Assembly (NCBI GenBank): GCA_043718025.1
Contig: JAYSWN010000189.1
Location: forward strand, 1 to 48,466
From: Pseudomonadota bacterium
GTDB taxonomy: Bacteria; Bdellovibrionota; FAC87; UBA2466
Direction of reading: 5' to 3'
DNA: 48,466 bases
A model generated the notes under the pieces. It made no database searches and was not told the DNA's origin. It saw only the letters and a program-made list of their open reading frames with translations. The position numbers were made by a program, and so were the translations under genes. Positions 27,414 through 36,849 of this stretch are shown piece by piece; positions within the stretch are counted from its first letter, which is position 1, and the number at the start of each line of letters is the position of its first letter.

Positions 27414-28892
27414 ATGAAACTTTCCATACTTATTCCCCTATTTAATGAACGGCCATCACTCCATACATTTTGGACGCGCTTAAAGCAGGCTCCACTTTCC
27501 GAACTCAAAGAGATCACCTCGGTCGAAATAATAGTCGTAAACGATGGATCGACCGATGGGTCAGACGATCTAATCATTCAACTGTCAGAAGAGACGTTTA
27601 GATTTGGAAACGGGATTGAGGCCGCAGTGATGGTGCTTCACCACGATAAAAATTTGGGAAAAGGGGCCGCAGTAAGAACCGCGTTGGCCCAAAGCACGGG
27701 CGACGTAGTAATCGTGCAAGATGCCGATCTTGAACTGTCACCCCAAGACTATCCTAAGATGATTCGTCCGATTCTTGACGGTCATGCTGACGCTGTTTTT
27801 GGCAGCCGCTTTACCAGCCAAACTCGCCGGGTGATGTTGTTCTGGCATTCTCTTACGAATAAAATACTGACGTTGTTCGTGAACGTTTTGCTTGACCTCA
27901 ACCTCACCGATTTTGGTACCGGCTACAAAGCCATGCGCGGCGAGTTCTCCCGAACACTGCGACTGAAATCGAATCGCTTTGGCATCGAAGCCGAGTTAAC
28001 CGCGCGCCTGGCTCACGCTAAGGCAAGGATTTATGAAGTTTCTGTCAGTTACACCGGCCGGACCTACGACGAAGGCAAGAAAATAACGCTTCTCGACGGC
28101 CTATCCATTCCCCTTCATATTCTGCGTTTTACTCTTTTAGATCGTGAGCCGTTTATACCAAGCATGCGTCAAACTCTGCGCGCACTCGACGAAAGCTCTG
28201 ATCAAATTTACGCTCCAGCGCTTCAAAAAGCGCTGAACTTCGAACCATCCCGAAGAGGCTGGCAAAATATTTTAGAAATCGGCTCGGGTACGGGCAATCT
28301 TACTAAATGGTTGGTCAAAAAAGGGCGAGTCACCGCAACCGACATTCAAAAAGAATTTATCGAAGATCTAAAAGTTCGCTTTTCCTATTTCGATGAAACC
28401 CAAGCTCGGCAATGGGACGCAACCAAGCCGGCTTGGCGCGGCGCAAAACGATACGATACCGTTGTCGCCTTTAATGTCTTGGAACACATCGAGGACGATC
28501 GAAAGGCGTTAAAAACTTGGGCTAGCCTTGTTGAAGAAAATGGCCGCCTAATCATCCTCGTTCCGCACAATCAACGTCTTTTTTCTCCAATCGATAAAGC
28601 CGTTGGCCATTACCGCCGGTACTCGCGCCAAGAACTTTGCCAGAAAATTGAAGAGACCGGCCTAATTGTAAAGAATTCATTCTACTCAAATTTCCTTGGT
28701 GTCTTTGGTTGGTGGGTAACCGGGATTTTACTGAAGCGGTCGGATCTCAATTCCGGTTCGGTTCGTCTATATGCCCTGGTGAAGAAATATTTTGGCCCAA
28801 TTGAAAGAATCTTCGAACACTTTACCGGACTTAGCGTCGTTGTGGTCGCTACGGCCCCAATTGTTTCTGTTCACCAAGAAAAAGCAGCCTAA
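27414..28892 (+). CDS. GT2 (DPM-synthase-like) glycosyltransferase fused to a class I SAM methyltransferase
   Basis: IPLFNE, VNDGSTDGS, NLGKGAA, QDADLE; C-terminal LEIGSGTG, NVLEHIEDD, DKAVGHYRRY. Confidence 0.9.
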   Translation: MKLSILIPLFNERPSLHTFWTRLKQAPLSELKEITSVEIIVVNDGSTDGSDDLIIQLSEETFRFGNGIEAAVMVLHHDKNLGKGAAVRTALAQSTGDVVIVQDADLELSPQDYPKMIRPILDGHADAVFGSRFTSQTRRVMLFWHSLTNKILTLFVNVLLDLNLTDFGTGYKAMRGEFSRTLRLKSNRFGIEAELTARLAHAKARIYEVSVSYTGRTYDEGKKITLLDGLSIPLHILRFTLLDREPFIPSMRQTLRALDESSDQIYAPALQKALNFEPSRRGWQNILEIGSGTGNLTKWLVKKGRVTATDIQKEFIEDLKVRFSYFDETQARQWDATKPAWRGAKRYDTVVAFNVLEHIEDDRKALKTWASLVEENGRLIILVPHNQRLFSPIDKAVGHYRRYSRQELCQKIEETGLIVKNSFYSNFLGVFGWWVTGILLKRSDLNSGSVRLYALVKKYFGPIERIFEHFTGLSVVVVATAPIVSVHQEKAA

Positions 28893-30412
28893 TGAAGAGA
28901 ATCGCGCTCCTTATTTTCCTCACCTTGGCATTTTTTTCGCCGGGTCGGCTTACTGTTTCCGATGCGGGAAATCGTTTGCTAATTTCACGCGCACTATGGC
29001 GACACGCGACGGTCTTTGTATCGCGCGACCAAACAAATTGGCACTCAATGGTACCCAGTCCGCATGATGTAAATCTGGGGACGTCATTTTACGGCATTGG
29101 ACAGACTCTACTTTTTATTCCATTCGACATCATGGGATACGCGATGGCCAAAGTAATTACCCCGTCGCCCGTTAAGCCAGCTTGGGTCGAAACCCTACCT
29201 ATTGTCTTCCTGTACGCTCCCTTGATGGGCCTTTTACTTTGGCTGGCCATGTTTTACCTTCTGCGACGACTCGACTATTCAAAGAGAACTTCGTATGTCG
29301 CCAGTTCCTTAGTTCTTTTCGGGACCACGACACTCATCTATTCAGTGGGCTTATTGCAAGAAGAGGTACCCATCGCAATTTTACTATGCTCCGGCCTGGT
29401 TCTATCCCTCAAGTATCTGGAAAATAGGAATCGACGTGACCTTTTTATTGCTGCACTACTGTGGTCTTGCACCGCACTTTTTCGCCTCAACGTGCTCTTT
29501 GCGTTTTTACCCCTCTTTGGATTATTGGCAGATCGAATTCGCCAAGGAAAAAGCGAGCCTCTGGACGGCAAGTGCATTCTCTTAACTTTGGTGTACGGCA
29601 TGATACCTCCCTTGCTGCTCTATACCGCGTTTTCATATTGGCGGTTTGGGGGTTGCTTCGCCAATGGCTACGCGAAATTGGAAAATGGAATCGTGCTAAT
29701 TCCCGTTCAAATTCATTTGGCCTTCGCTTTACTCATTGGACCAGGCAAAGGTCTTTTTTTGCTATCTCCCCTTCTGCTAGTAGCCCTAGAAGGAATGCGG
29801 CGAGATTGCCGAAGGTATCTCCTTTTTAGCTCAGGTCTAGCCGTTGCATTTATAGTTTCCTGCCTTGTCTACTCTCGGCTCTCGGGAGCGGCCTTTCCGG
29901 ATGGAAGTGAAAGTTGGGGAAATCGTTTTCACCTTCATTTAATTTTTCTGTTCGTGATCGGGGTCGGTTCCTTTATAGAGCGATGCCGCTTCCGTCTGGT
30001 TGCGAAAACGTTGGTCTTAACCAGCATTCTGTTACAAGTGATCTCGTGCTGGGCGCCCGATTCTTTAGACGCTTTTTTCTACCCTGGTGAACTAGAATAC
30101 AATCGTCGCCAGCGCCTTTTAATGGGGGCCGACGATGGCCAGCTTGCCCAACGAATCAAAACCATTACTTACAGTTTTACCGGCAATTACCCGCGCCTTT
30201 GGATCAATAGCGAGTCTAAACAACGCATGGTTTCGGAATACGTGCCCAACTTCTGGGGACCGGTTTATTACAAAAAATTGGGACGTGGTCCCCTGGCCAT
30301 CACGATGCTTTTGCTTTGGCTGACTTTACTGCCCTTGGCGGCAGCTTTGGCCTATGGGCCGCTAAGGACTAGCGGCATGTTTTTCGGTTTTCGCGGCCGT
30401 TCCCCTGAGTGA
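28892..30412 (+). CDS. Polytopic membrane protein, probable GT-C fold glycosyltransferase
   Basis: About 11-12 hydrophobic segments; acidic residue after TM1 (VSD); YGIGQ, GKGLFLLSP and WG-RF motifs; TAATG coupling to the GT2 gene. Confidence 0.65.
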   Translation: MKRIALLIFLTLAFFSPGRLTVSDAGNRLLISRALWRHATVFVSRDQTNWHSMVPSPHDVNLGTSFYGIGQTLLFIPFDIMGYAMAKVITPSPVKPAWVETLPIVFLYAPLMGLLLWLAMFYLLRRLDYSKRTSYVASSLVLFGTTTLIYSVGLLQEEVPIAILLCSGLVLSLKYLENRNRRDLFIAALLWSCTALFRLNVLFAFLPLFGLLADRIRQGKSEPLDGKCILLTLVYGMIPPLLLYTAFSYWRFGGCFANGYAKLENGIVLIPVQIHLAFALLIGPGKGLFLLSPLLLVALEGMRRDCRRYLLFSSGLAVAFIVSCLVYSRLSGAAFPDGSESWGNRFHLHLIFLFVIGVGSFIERCRFRLVAKTLVLTSILLQVISCWAPDSLDAFFYPGELEYNRRQRLLMGADDGQLAQRIKTITYSFTGNYPRLWINSESKQRMVSEYVPNFWGPVYYKKLGRGPLAITMLLLWLTLLPLAAALAYGPLRTSGMFFGFRGRSPE

Positions 30413-31241
30413 TGATGGCCGTGATTCGCGGGTCAGCGCCTTCTCGTTCTACACGGTAATCTCCCCAGTAGTACTCTTTATCCATCACGATGCGGTTGTA
30501 GGGATTAAATCGATCGGGGGCTCCTAGCACTTTAATCAGATCGGCTATTGTCACTCCGCAACGCAACTCCCCGAATACCTTGCGGTAGAGTTTTTGTTTG
30601 TAACTGTTTTTGAAATTGATGCGCTGAATTTCGGTGACGGCTTCGAAAATGCTCTGCTCTTCGCGAACCATCATTTCGGGCGGAAGTGGAATCGCGCTGG
30701 GTTGGTTTTTTTTAAAGAGGGCGCGGGCAGCCTCAATGTGGGCGCGGTCCCATTTTAACAGGCGGAAAGCGCGGTAGGCGCCTTCGGTTTCGTCCCAGTA
30801 CACCAACGGTGAACCTTTTTCTTTCACTTCGCTAAGCCCCGCCCAATTCACTCGCTCGAGATGGAGCACCAACCCCCGACTGGCCGAGCTACCACCGTTA
30901 AGTGATTCAACGTGCGACGAGGCCACCTGACTCAACTCCGGAAACTCAGCCATTCCCATTCGGACCAAAGCACTGGCCCAAGATTTGGCCAACGCCTCTT
31001 CTTTGTCGATTGCCCCGAAGGCTTCGCCCACGGCGTAAACGTGAGTGTCTGCAGCGGGGGTTTTAAAAACCCAGGTCGGGAATAAAGGACGGTCAGCGGA
31101 AATTAGAGGGAAAGGATTGCGGGTGATTAAGGGCGAGGAGACAGGCTTTCGGGAAATTAAATTGGCACAGCCGCCGATGGCGAGCGACATTCCAAAAAGG
31201 AATGCCTTAGTTAGCCATTCAGTTTTGGGCTGTTCCGGCAT
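30369..31241 (-). CDS. Lipoprotein with LPP20-like domain and C-terminal SmpA/BamE-like motif
   Basis: Lipobox IGG-C; P-WV...YAVGEA...EEAL; C-terminal GVTIADLIKVLGAPD; overlaps the upstream gene by 23 bp. Confidence 0.6.
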   Translation of the reverse strand: MPEQPKTEWLTKAFLFGMSLAIGGCANLISRKPVSSPLITRNPFPLISADRPLFPTWVFKTPAADTHVYAVGEAFGAIDKEEALAKSWASALVRMGMAEFPELSQVASSHVESLNGGSSASRGLVLHLERVNWAGLSEVKEKGSPLVYWDETEGAYRAFRLLKWDRAHIEAARALFKKNQPSAIPLPPEMMVREEQSIFEAVTEIQRINFKNSYKQKLYRKVFGELRCGVTIADLIKVLGAPDRFNPYNRIVMDKEYYWGDYRVEREGADPRITAIITQGNGRENRKTCR

Positions 31242-31812
31242 CGAGCACGTTATCTCTTTGGCGGCGTCCGACGTCGCGAAGAATTTGCTTCACTTCAGTG
31301 TTTGAAGACAGCCGCTCAAGGTAGGAGCGTTTTGCTTTTTCAAAATCAGCCGCTGAAATTTCGGCCAGAGAATAGGCGCGAGTGGCGGTTTCACCGTGGG
31401 AACCATCGGCGACCGTTTCCCAATACCGATCGGTGATGGTCAAGCTGGGCATCGGTACGCGAAAGCCACGGGTTGCGGAAATGATACGTTGGCCGGCGTA
31501 GCCATCTCTTCTTAGCGTCTCGGCCACTTGGTTTTGATCCAAGAAATTGTCGACGAGAGAACGCATTGGCTCAGAAAGGGCCTTTTCATCGCTCATGTTC
31601 ATGGCGGCGGAGCGAGAGCTGTCACCATCCACTTCAACGAAACCAACAAAATATCTTTTACCATCGTTCTCAAAACTTGGTTTGGTGACACGGGCCCAGC
31701 TAGGCTTACTTTCGTCATCGGCGCGTTCTAGTACTTTTGCAGTTTTGCCCGCACAACCGAAAAGGACAATGACCGAACAAAGGAGGAACCCCGAAAGGAG
31801 AACTCTTTTCAT
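31219..31812 (-). CDS. LPP20-like lipoprotein
   Basis: GGAG RBS; lipobox LFG-C; KPSWA...YFVG...A; D-YWE...AYSLAEIS pattern. Confidence 0.7.
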   Translation of the reverse strand: MKRVLLSGFLLCSVIVLFGCAGKTAKVLERADDESKPSWARVTKPSFENDGKRYFVGFVEVDGDSSRSAAMNMSDEKALSEPMRSLVDNFLDQNQVAETLRRDGYAGQRIISATRGFRVPMPSLTITDRYWETVADGSHGETATRAYSLAEISAADFEKAKRSYLERLSSNTEVKQILRDVGRRQRDNVLDAGTAQN

Positions 31813-31848
31813 ACTAACTCCACCAATTATTGAAAATTTCGAAAGGGT

Positions 31849-32415
31849 TTAGACGCCGTCTTTTTTGAGCACGGCCAGCTTGAGATTTACGAAGTCGGTG
31901 ATGCCGGCCGTGTAGATAACTTTTTTCAAGACGTTAAAACGAAGATTTTTATCGGCCTGCATTACGATCGTTCCGGTGAACGAATGAGAGTCGTTGTGCT
32001 GTTGAATGAACATGGAGCGATCTTTTTGCTCTTTTAAAGCCTGCGCCAACTTCACAATGGTGATGCCATCACGGTAGAGCTCGGCCCGAGGCACATCGCC
32101 GTTATCCATCGATAGCAACTCTTTATCATCGAGAATAATGGCTTTCTGCGTGACTACGAGCTGTAGCGCCTGGGTAGGAGGGGTCATCGAAGAGGATTGG
32201 GGCAACGAGATGTCCTTGCCCATGCTGAAATCAGAAACTGCGGTTGAATAGTTCTTAAGCAGAAAAAACAAAATCGCCATCAAAATATCTAGCATGGAGG
32301 CCAGCATTAGCCCTTGGCCCATGCCTTGGCCCTTGCTCCGCATCCGACTAGTTACCCGACCTGCGGTGGCCCTACTGCCCTTTGCTCCGCTTCCTCCTCC
32401 AGCATCACCAGCCAT
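31849..32415 (-). CDS. ExbD/TolR family protein (AglS-like)
   Basis: TM with conserved Asp (ASMLDILMAILFFLLKNYS); QADK...LKKVIYTAG. Confidence 0.88.
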   Translation of the reverse strand: MAGDAGGGSGAKGSRATAGRVTSRMRSKGQGMGQGLMLASMLDILMAILFFLLKNYSTAVSDFSMGKDISLPQSSSMTPPTQALQLVVTQKAIILDDKELLSMDNGDVPRAELYRDGITIVKLAQALKEQKDRSMFIQQHNDSHSFTGTIVMQADKNLRFNVLKKVIYTAGITDFVNLKLAVLKKDGV

Positions 32416-32957
32416 TAGACTCCTCCAATACTAACTTCGGGAAAGAGACGATTGAATTGGTCGCTTTCGGGTTTTTGCGAAATTTCGGGCGGAACCACTT
32501 GGTAACCTTGGTCGCCGGTGCGAATTTCCCGCGAAGAGTCCATCACCTGAACCATCACGTCGTAGGTAATGTCATCGCTCGGAATCATCGTGATCTCCTT
32601 AGCGTTAGGCCGCTTCACCTTAATCGCTAAGAGATGTTTATGAAGATCTTCGAAAGGATAAACGCCGTTGGCGATCATCATCGTTTTGTCGCCCAAGCCC
32701 GCAGTTTTCACCACGAAGCCCGAAGCGTTGATGTAAACGGTGAGGTCGAGTTTGGCGTCCTCTTCCTTCGCTTTTTTAACCTCTTCCGCCGTGGAGGCCA
32801 CTTTGGGAAGAGGGGCGTTAATCATGGTTACCGGAATCACACCCGCGAACATCATCAAGAAAAACATCAGGCAGGTGATCATGTCGATGAAGGGGGTAAG
32901 ATTTAACCCCTCCAACGGCTTATGACGATTATTTTTTCTTGTGGGTGATTTGGCCAC
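32415..32957 (-). CDS. ExbD/TolR family protein (AglQ-like)
   Basis: LNLTPFIDMITCLMFFL; PSDDITYDVMVQVMD; LFPEVSIG. Confidence 0.88.
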   Translation of the reverse strand: MAKSPTRKNNRHKPLEGLNLTPFIDMITCLMFFLMMFAGVIPVTMINAPLPKVASTAEEVKKAKEEDAKLDLTVYINASGFVVKTAGLGDKTMMIANGVYPFEDLHKHLLAIKVKRPNAKEITMIPSDDITYDVMVQVMDSSREIRTGDQGYQVVPPEISQKPESDQFNRLFPEVSIGGV

Positions 32958-32974
32958 TGAATGACTCCTAAAAT

Positions 32975-33661
32975 TTAGTCGTTAGCGGCGGCTTCGTCGT
33001 CCATCGAGCCGGCTCGCACGCCAGACTTATGAGACGCTGAAAGCAGGTTAATGAGTTTCACCGAGTACTGGTCGATGTCCGAGATAATTGAGTTAATCTT
33101 GGATTGCAGTACCGAGTGAACCAAAAGAACCGGAATCGCCACAAAGATACCAAGGGCGGTGGTGTGCATCGCAATCGCGATCGCCTTTTGCAAAAACTGT
33201 TGGCGCATCGCTGCGTCAACGTTATCGCCCGAAGCGCGGAAAGCGGTGATTAGACCAACGATGGTTCCAAACAAACCGATAAGGGTCGACAAGTTTGCCA
33301 GCGTGGGTAGGTACAAGGAGCGGGCTTCCAACTTAGGAAGCACTTCCAGAGTGGCCTCGTCGACAGCGTTCTGAATATCGGTTGAGCTGTCTTTCGCGCG
33401 GGTCAAACCAGCTTTAAGCACGCGTGGCAAAAGTGCCAAGGGCTTGCTGTTACATAGGCTGATGGCGCGGTCGATATTGTCGCTCAAGATATATTTCTTG
33501 AGTTTCGCCATGAAGGCCCGGCTGTTAACCGAGAACTGGAATTGAATTCTAATCCAGCGCTCGATGCTGATCGCAAATGCCATCACCGCCACCACCACTA
33601 CCATCATACTGGCGAAACCACCTTCTTTTACAAAGTGTACCAGTTCTTGGATCTCGCCCAT
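32975..33661 (-). CDS. MotA/TolQ/ExbB proton channel (AglR-like)
   Basis: GGAGG RBS; three TMs; VLKAGL, AVDEATLEVLPKLEAR, LIGLFGTIVGLI, TTALGIFVAIP. Confidence 0.92.
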   Translation of the reverse strand: MGEIQELVHFVKEGGFASMMVVVVAVMAFAISIERWIRIQFQFSVNSRAFMAKLKKYILSDNIDRAISLCNSKPLALLPRVLKAGLTRAKDSSTDIQNAVDEATLEVLPKLEARSLYLPTLANLSTLIGLFGTIVGLITAFRASGDNVDAAMRQQFLQKAIAIAMHTTALGIFVAIPVLLVHSVLQSKINSIISDIDQYSVKLINLLSASHKSGVRAGSMDDEAAAND

Positions 33662-33825
33662 TGTAGATGCCTCCGTAGGCCTAGGGGGGATTTTTGCGCC
33701 CCCCGGTAAATTGATTAAGGTTTTGTTGAAAACAACTTTAAAGACAGGAGAAGACTAAGTACTCAAACTTACCCTTCTCTATTAATTCTAGAGTAACTTC
33801 AGGAAAAATCTAGCTCTTCGTCATT

Positions 33826-34584
33826 CTAGAACACGAAAAATAGACCACTCGCATAACGCACCGACCAAACATTGGCCGAAAATTCGAACGCTGGGCTTGA
33901 GATCACGGGGCCCGCACTTGCCCCGTCTTCATTCCAACGCTCAGAATCAATTTTCATGAAATATGCAGCAATTTCCATACGAATGCCGGCTTTGGCGGCA
34001 AAATAAAATTCAAATCCGCCGACGATCTGACCAGTAGGAACGGTCATGCTGCGTATGCGGTTCTGAACCGCGCTATCGTAAAAACCTTTTTGCGTAATTG
34101 CAGAAACTCCTGCACCGATTCCCAGGTAAGGAACCACGTCGCTACTGGTGAAGCGGTATTTAACCCCCAGAAGCATCGGGATCGTGCGCATTTCGAACTG
34201 ATGAAAGTTAGGCTGCTTATCTGAGCTCGAGGCCGTTTTCTTACGGGTGTCGTAGTCGTAATAGCCGATGCTTGCGTAGAGCAGCCAATTATAAGTAAGC
34301 GAATAGTGCAGCCCGCCTTCAACGTTAAAGAACGTGGCGTAATTCAAACTCGAGAAAGCCCCACCGGTAGCCTCTTGGCTTTGAATCACCGGCGTGATCG
34401 GCATCAGGGTGGAGAACATCAAATCCACGCCTAGCTCGCCCGAAGCCCCTTCGTTTTCGGTGAATTTTTCTCGGCGATAAGAGCCGAACAGGCCTTTAAA
34501 ATCTTTTTTAGCCGCAAACCCATCCACGCAGACAAAGAGCTCAAGCAAAAGGGTGAAGTAGACAATCTTACGAAGCCGTATCAT
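33826..34584 (-). CDS. Outer-membrane beta-barrel protein (OmpW/OmpA-barrel-like)
   Basis: Signal peptide; IPMLLGVKYRF, VPYLGIGAG, GGFEFYF strands; C-terminal Phe. Confidence 0.8.
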   Translation of the reverse strand: MIRLRKIVYFTLLLELFVCVDGFAAKKDFKGLFGSYRREKFTENEGASGELGVDLMFSTLMPITPVIQSQEATGGAFSSLNYATFFNVEGGLHYSLTYNWLLYASIGYYDYDTRKKTASSSDKQPNFHQFEMRTIPMLLGVKYRFTSSDVVPYLGIGAGVSAITQKGFYDSAVQNRIRSMTVPTGQIVGGFEFYFAAKAGIRMEIAAYFMKIDSERWNEDGASAGPVISSPAFEFSANVWSVRYASGLFFVF

Positions 34585-34745
34585 TGGGAGCCCTCAGCGG
34601 TGAGGTAAGAGAAAGAGAGAAATACCTAGAGAAAATTATATCACGGGTTAATCGCGGGCTCGATTTTTCGCAGGGGTAAGAGGATGCCCGACCCGCTTCT
34701 TTCGTTAATTTGATTCTCACGGCACAACGGGTTAGGAAGGGGCCT

Positions 34746-34913
34746 ATGTTTTACCTAGGCAAATGTCTTCAAGCCGCCGCCATGGGCGTGGTGGCCTTAG
34801 CCCTCTACGTTGGCTTCACTGAATTAGAAAAGGCCCAGACTAAAGAGATCACTATGCTCAGTATCGGTGCCGTGATTTTTTTGGTGGGCCGCCTGGTAGA
34901 AAGCAAAGCCTGA
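34746..34913 (+). CDS. Small two-TM membrane protein (55 aa)
   Basis: ATG follows GAAGGGG; two hydrophobic helices. Confidence 0.65.
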   Translation: MFYLGKCLQAAAMGVVALALYVGFTELEKAQTKEITMLSIGAVIFLVGRLVESKA

Positions 34914-35093
34914 CCCCTTAGCGTTAGAAAAATGGCACTAGTTTCAATACGATAGATCTTTTCCTCACCAAAGATTTAGTAAAGATAACAAAAAAAGCTC
35001 TTTAATTACTAGAACATGACTCGGCGCGTTTGTTAGTTACCCCTTCATCAAACACTAACTGACCAGTCAATGACTGGCTTACAAGGAAAAAAA

Positions 35094-35567
35094 ATGAAGC
35101 GTGTAAATTCAAAAAAAGTGGGGTCATGGCTTGCATTGGCCTCGGTCTTATTCGTTACGGCTTGTGGAAAAGTTGCACCCGAAGCGAAAACTGCGCCTAG
35201 CAAACCCGTGGCCCCCGTTTCGCCGGCCGCCGTGCTTCCGATTAACGGTACCTGGGTCAGCGGCCCCGTGAACGTGCTCGGTCTACTCAAGCTAACTCAG
35301 CGAATTAAAATAACCGCCAACTCATTCAACAAAACCGTTACCTGCACCTATCCCGACGGCAAGAGCCTCAGCGCGGAAGCAGTTTCCCGTGCCGAAATCA
35401 CAACCACGGCCATCAAAACCCTAGAAAAAAATGAGCGCACCGCTGCCGCGGCAGCCGCAAAATGCACTGCCAGCATCGTTGCCGAAACCATAAACTACAC
35501 GATCAAAAACAATGCCCTCACCTTAACCAAGCCGGGCGAAACGGTTACCTTTACCCGCGTACCTTAA
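35094..35567 (+). CDS. Hypothetical lipoprotein (lipocalin-like beta fold possible)
   Basis: AAGGA RBS; lipobox VTA-C; Pro/Ala linker; INGTW motif; two further Cys; ends TFTRVP. Confidence 0.75.
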   Translation: MKRVNSKKVGSWLALASVLFVTACGKVAPEAKTAPSKPVAPVSPAAVLPINGTWVSGPVNVLGLLKLTQRIKITANSFNKTVTCTYPDGKSLSAEAVSRAEITTTAIKTLEKNERTAAAAAAKCTASIVAETINYTIKNNALTLTKPGETVTFTRVP

Positions 35568-35572
35568 AGCGT

Positions 35573-35615
35573 CAGTCTTCCCCCTTCCGCCTCTCTGGGT
35601 GGTTGGGGGAGACTG
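35573..35615 (+). terminator. Hairpin after the lipoprotein gene
   Basis: CAGTCTTCCCCC...GGGGGAGACTG inverted repeat just after the stop; weak U-tract. Confidence 0.55.
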
Positions 35616-35663
35616 TCCCTTTCAAAACGTGACGGGATCTTTCGTTCACCGTACTCTTACTCG

Positions 35664-36158
35664 GTGAACAAACGCCGCATCATGGGAATCGATCCGGGCT
35701 CCTATTTTTTAGGGCTCGGCTGCATCGAATACACCGAGCGCGCGCCGCGTCTCATCTTTGCCGAAGTGATTTCCGCCCCCAAAGGACTTCCCCTTTACTC
35801 CCGATTCGCTCTCATATTGGATAGGCTCAAAATCAGGGTCAACGAACTGACCCCCGACGAGGCAGTCTTTGAAGACACCTTTTTCGGAAAAAACCCCAAG
35901 AGCGCACTGTACTTGGGAATGGCCCGGGGACTGGTAGCTAGCGTTTTCTTAGAAAGAAAAATTCCCATTTTTGAGTACGCGCCCGCGGCCGTTAAGGCTG
36001 CGGTAGCCGGCAGTGGGCGGGCCGATAAAGAGGCCGTAAAAAAAATGGTGGAGATTACGCTCGGGGCAAAAATTGATTTAGGTCTGGATGCCACTGACGC
36101 TTTGGCGGTGGCGGTTTGCCACGGTAGCCAGCGGCGGCTGCCCGGCGTTTTTAGTTAG
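35664..36158 (+). CDS. ruvC: Holliday junction resolvase RuvC
   Basis: IMGIDPG, VFED, ARG, G-GRADK, DATDALAVA-CH. Confidence 0.95.
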   Translation: MNKRRIMGIDPGSYFLGLGCIEYTERAPRLIFAEVISAPKGLPLYSRFALILDRLKIRVNELTPDEAVFEDTFFGKNPKSALYLGMARGLVASVFLERKIPIFEYAPAAVKAAVAGSGRADKEAVKKMVEITLGAKIDLGLDATDALAVAVCHGSQRRLPGVFS

Positions 36159-36165
36159 GAACTTT

Positions 36166-36849
36166 ATGATTGGGTACCTCAAAGGAAAAGTGATCGCAAA
36201 GTCAGTGGAAAACTCTTCGCTCGTGCTTTTGGTGGGCAACACCGGCTACGAAATCACGGCGACCAAACCATTTTGGGAGATGACCCCCGAGGGCAGTGAA
36301 ACCGAAATCTGGATTCACACCCACGTGCGCGAAGACATTCTTCAGCTATTTGGCTTTGCCACCGAAATCGATAAAAAAGTGTTTCGCATTCTGCTCAGCG
36401 CCTCGGGCGTGGGCCCCAAAGTCGGAATGGCTCTGGTCGGTGAACTGGGCGTAAAAAACGTAATCGGCGCCATTGCCCGCAAGCAGAGCGACGAGCTGGC
36501 CGAAGCTCCGGGCGTGGGTAAAAAATTGGCGCAAAAAATTGTGCTCGAACTCGGCAGTAAAATTGAAAAGCTAGAATGGTTAGAAACCGTTACTACGCTC
36601 AATGCCGCGGTCAGGGTTGCGCCGCCCACGGCAGCTTCGTCCGAAGATAGGCTGCGCGAAGAGCTTTCGTCGGCGCTACAAAATTTGAGTTTCCCCCCGG
36701 CCTCAGTTCGGGTGGCGGTAGATCGCGTGTTTACTCAAGAGCGTGGGCCGACAAACTTCGAGCTGGCTTTCAAACAGTGTCTACAAGAGTTGTCGGGCCG
36801 CGTGACGCCTCGCAAAGGGTCACCCTTACCTGGAGATCTAAATGGATGA
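36166..36849 (+). CDS. ruvA: Holliday junction branch migration protein RuvA
   Basis: MIGYLKG start with [38 protein letters not shown]. Confidence 0.95.
   Translation: MIGYLKGKVIAKSVENSSLVLLVGNTGYEITATKPFWEMTPEGSETEIWIHTHVREDILQLFGFATEIDKKVFRILLSASGVGPKVGMALVGELGVKNVIGAIARKQSDELAEAPGVGKKLAQKIVLELGSKIEKLEWLETVTTLNAAVRVAPPTAASSEDRLREELSSALQNLSFPPASVRVAVDRVFTQERGPTNFELAFKQCLQELSGRVTPRKGSPLPGDLNG

Noticed and set aside
34933..34948. TGGCAC box upstream of the 35094 lipoprotein as a sigma-54 promoter
   Set aside because: No GC at the required -12 position
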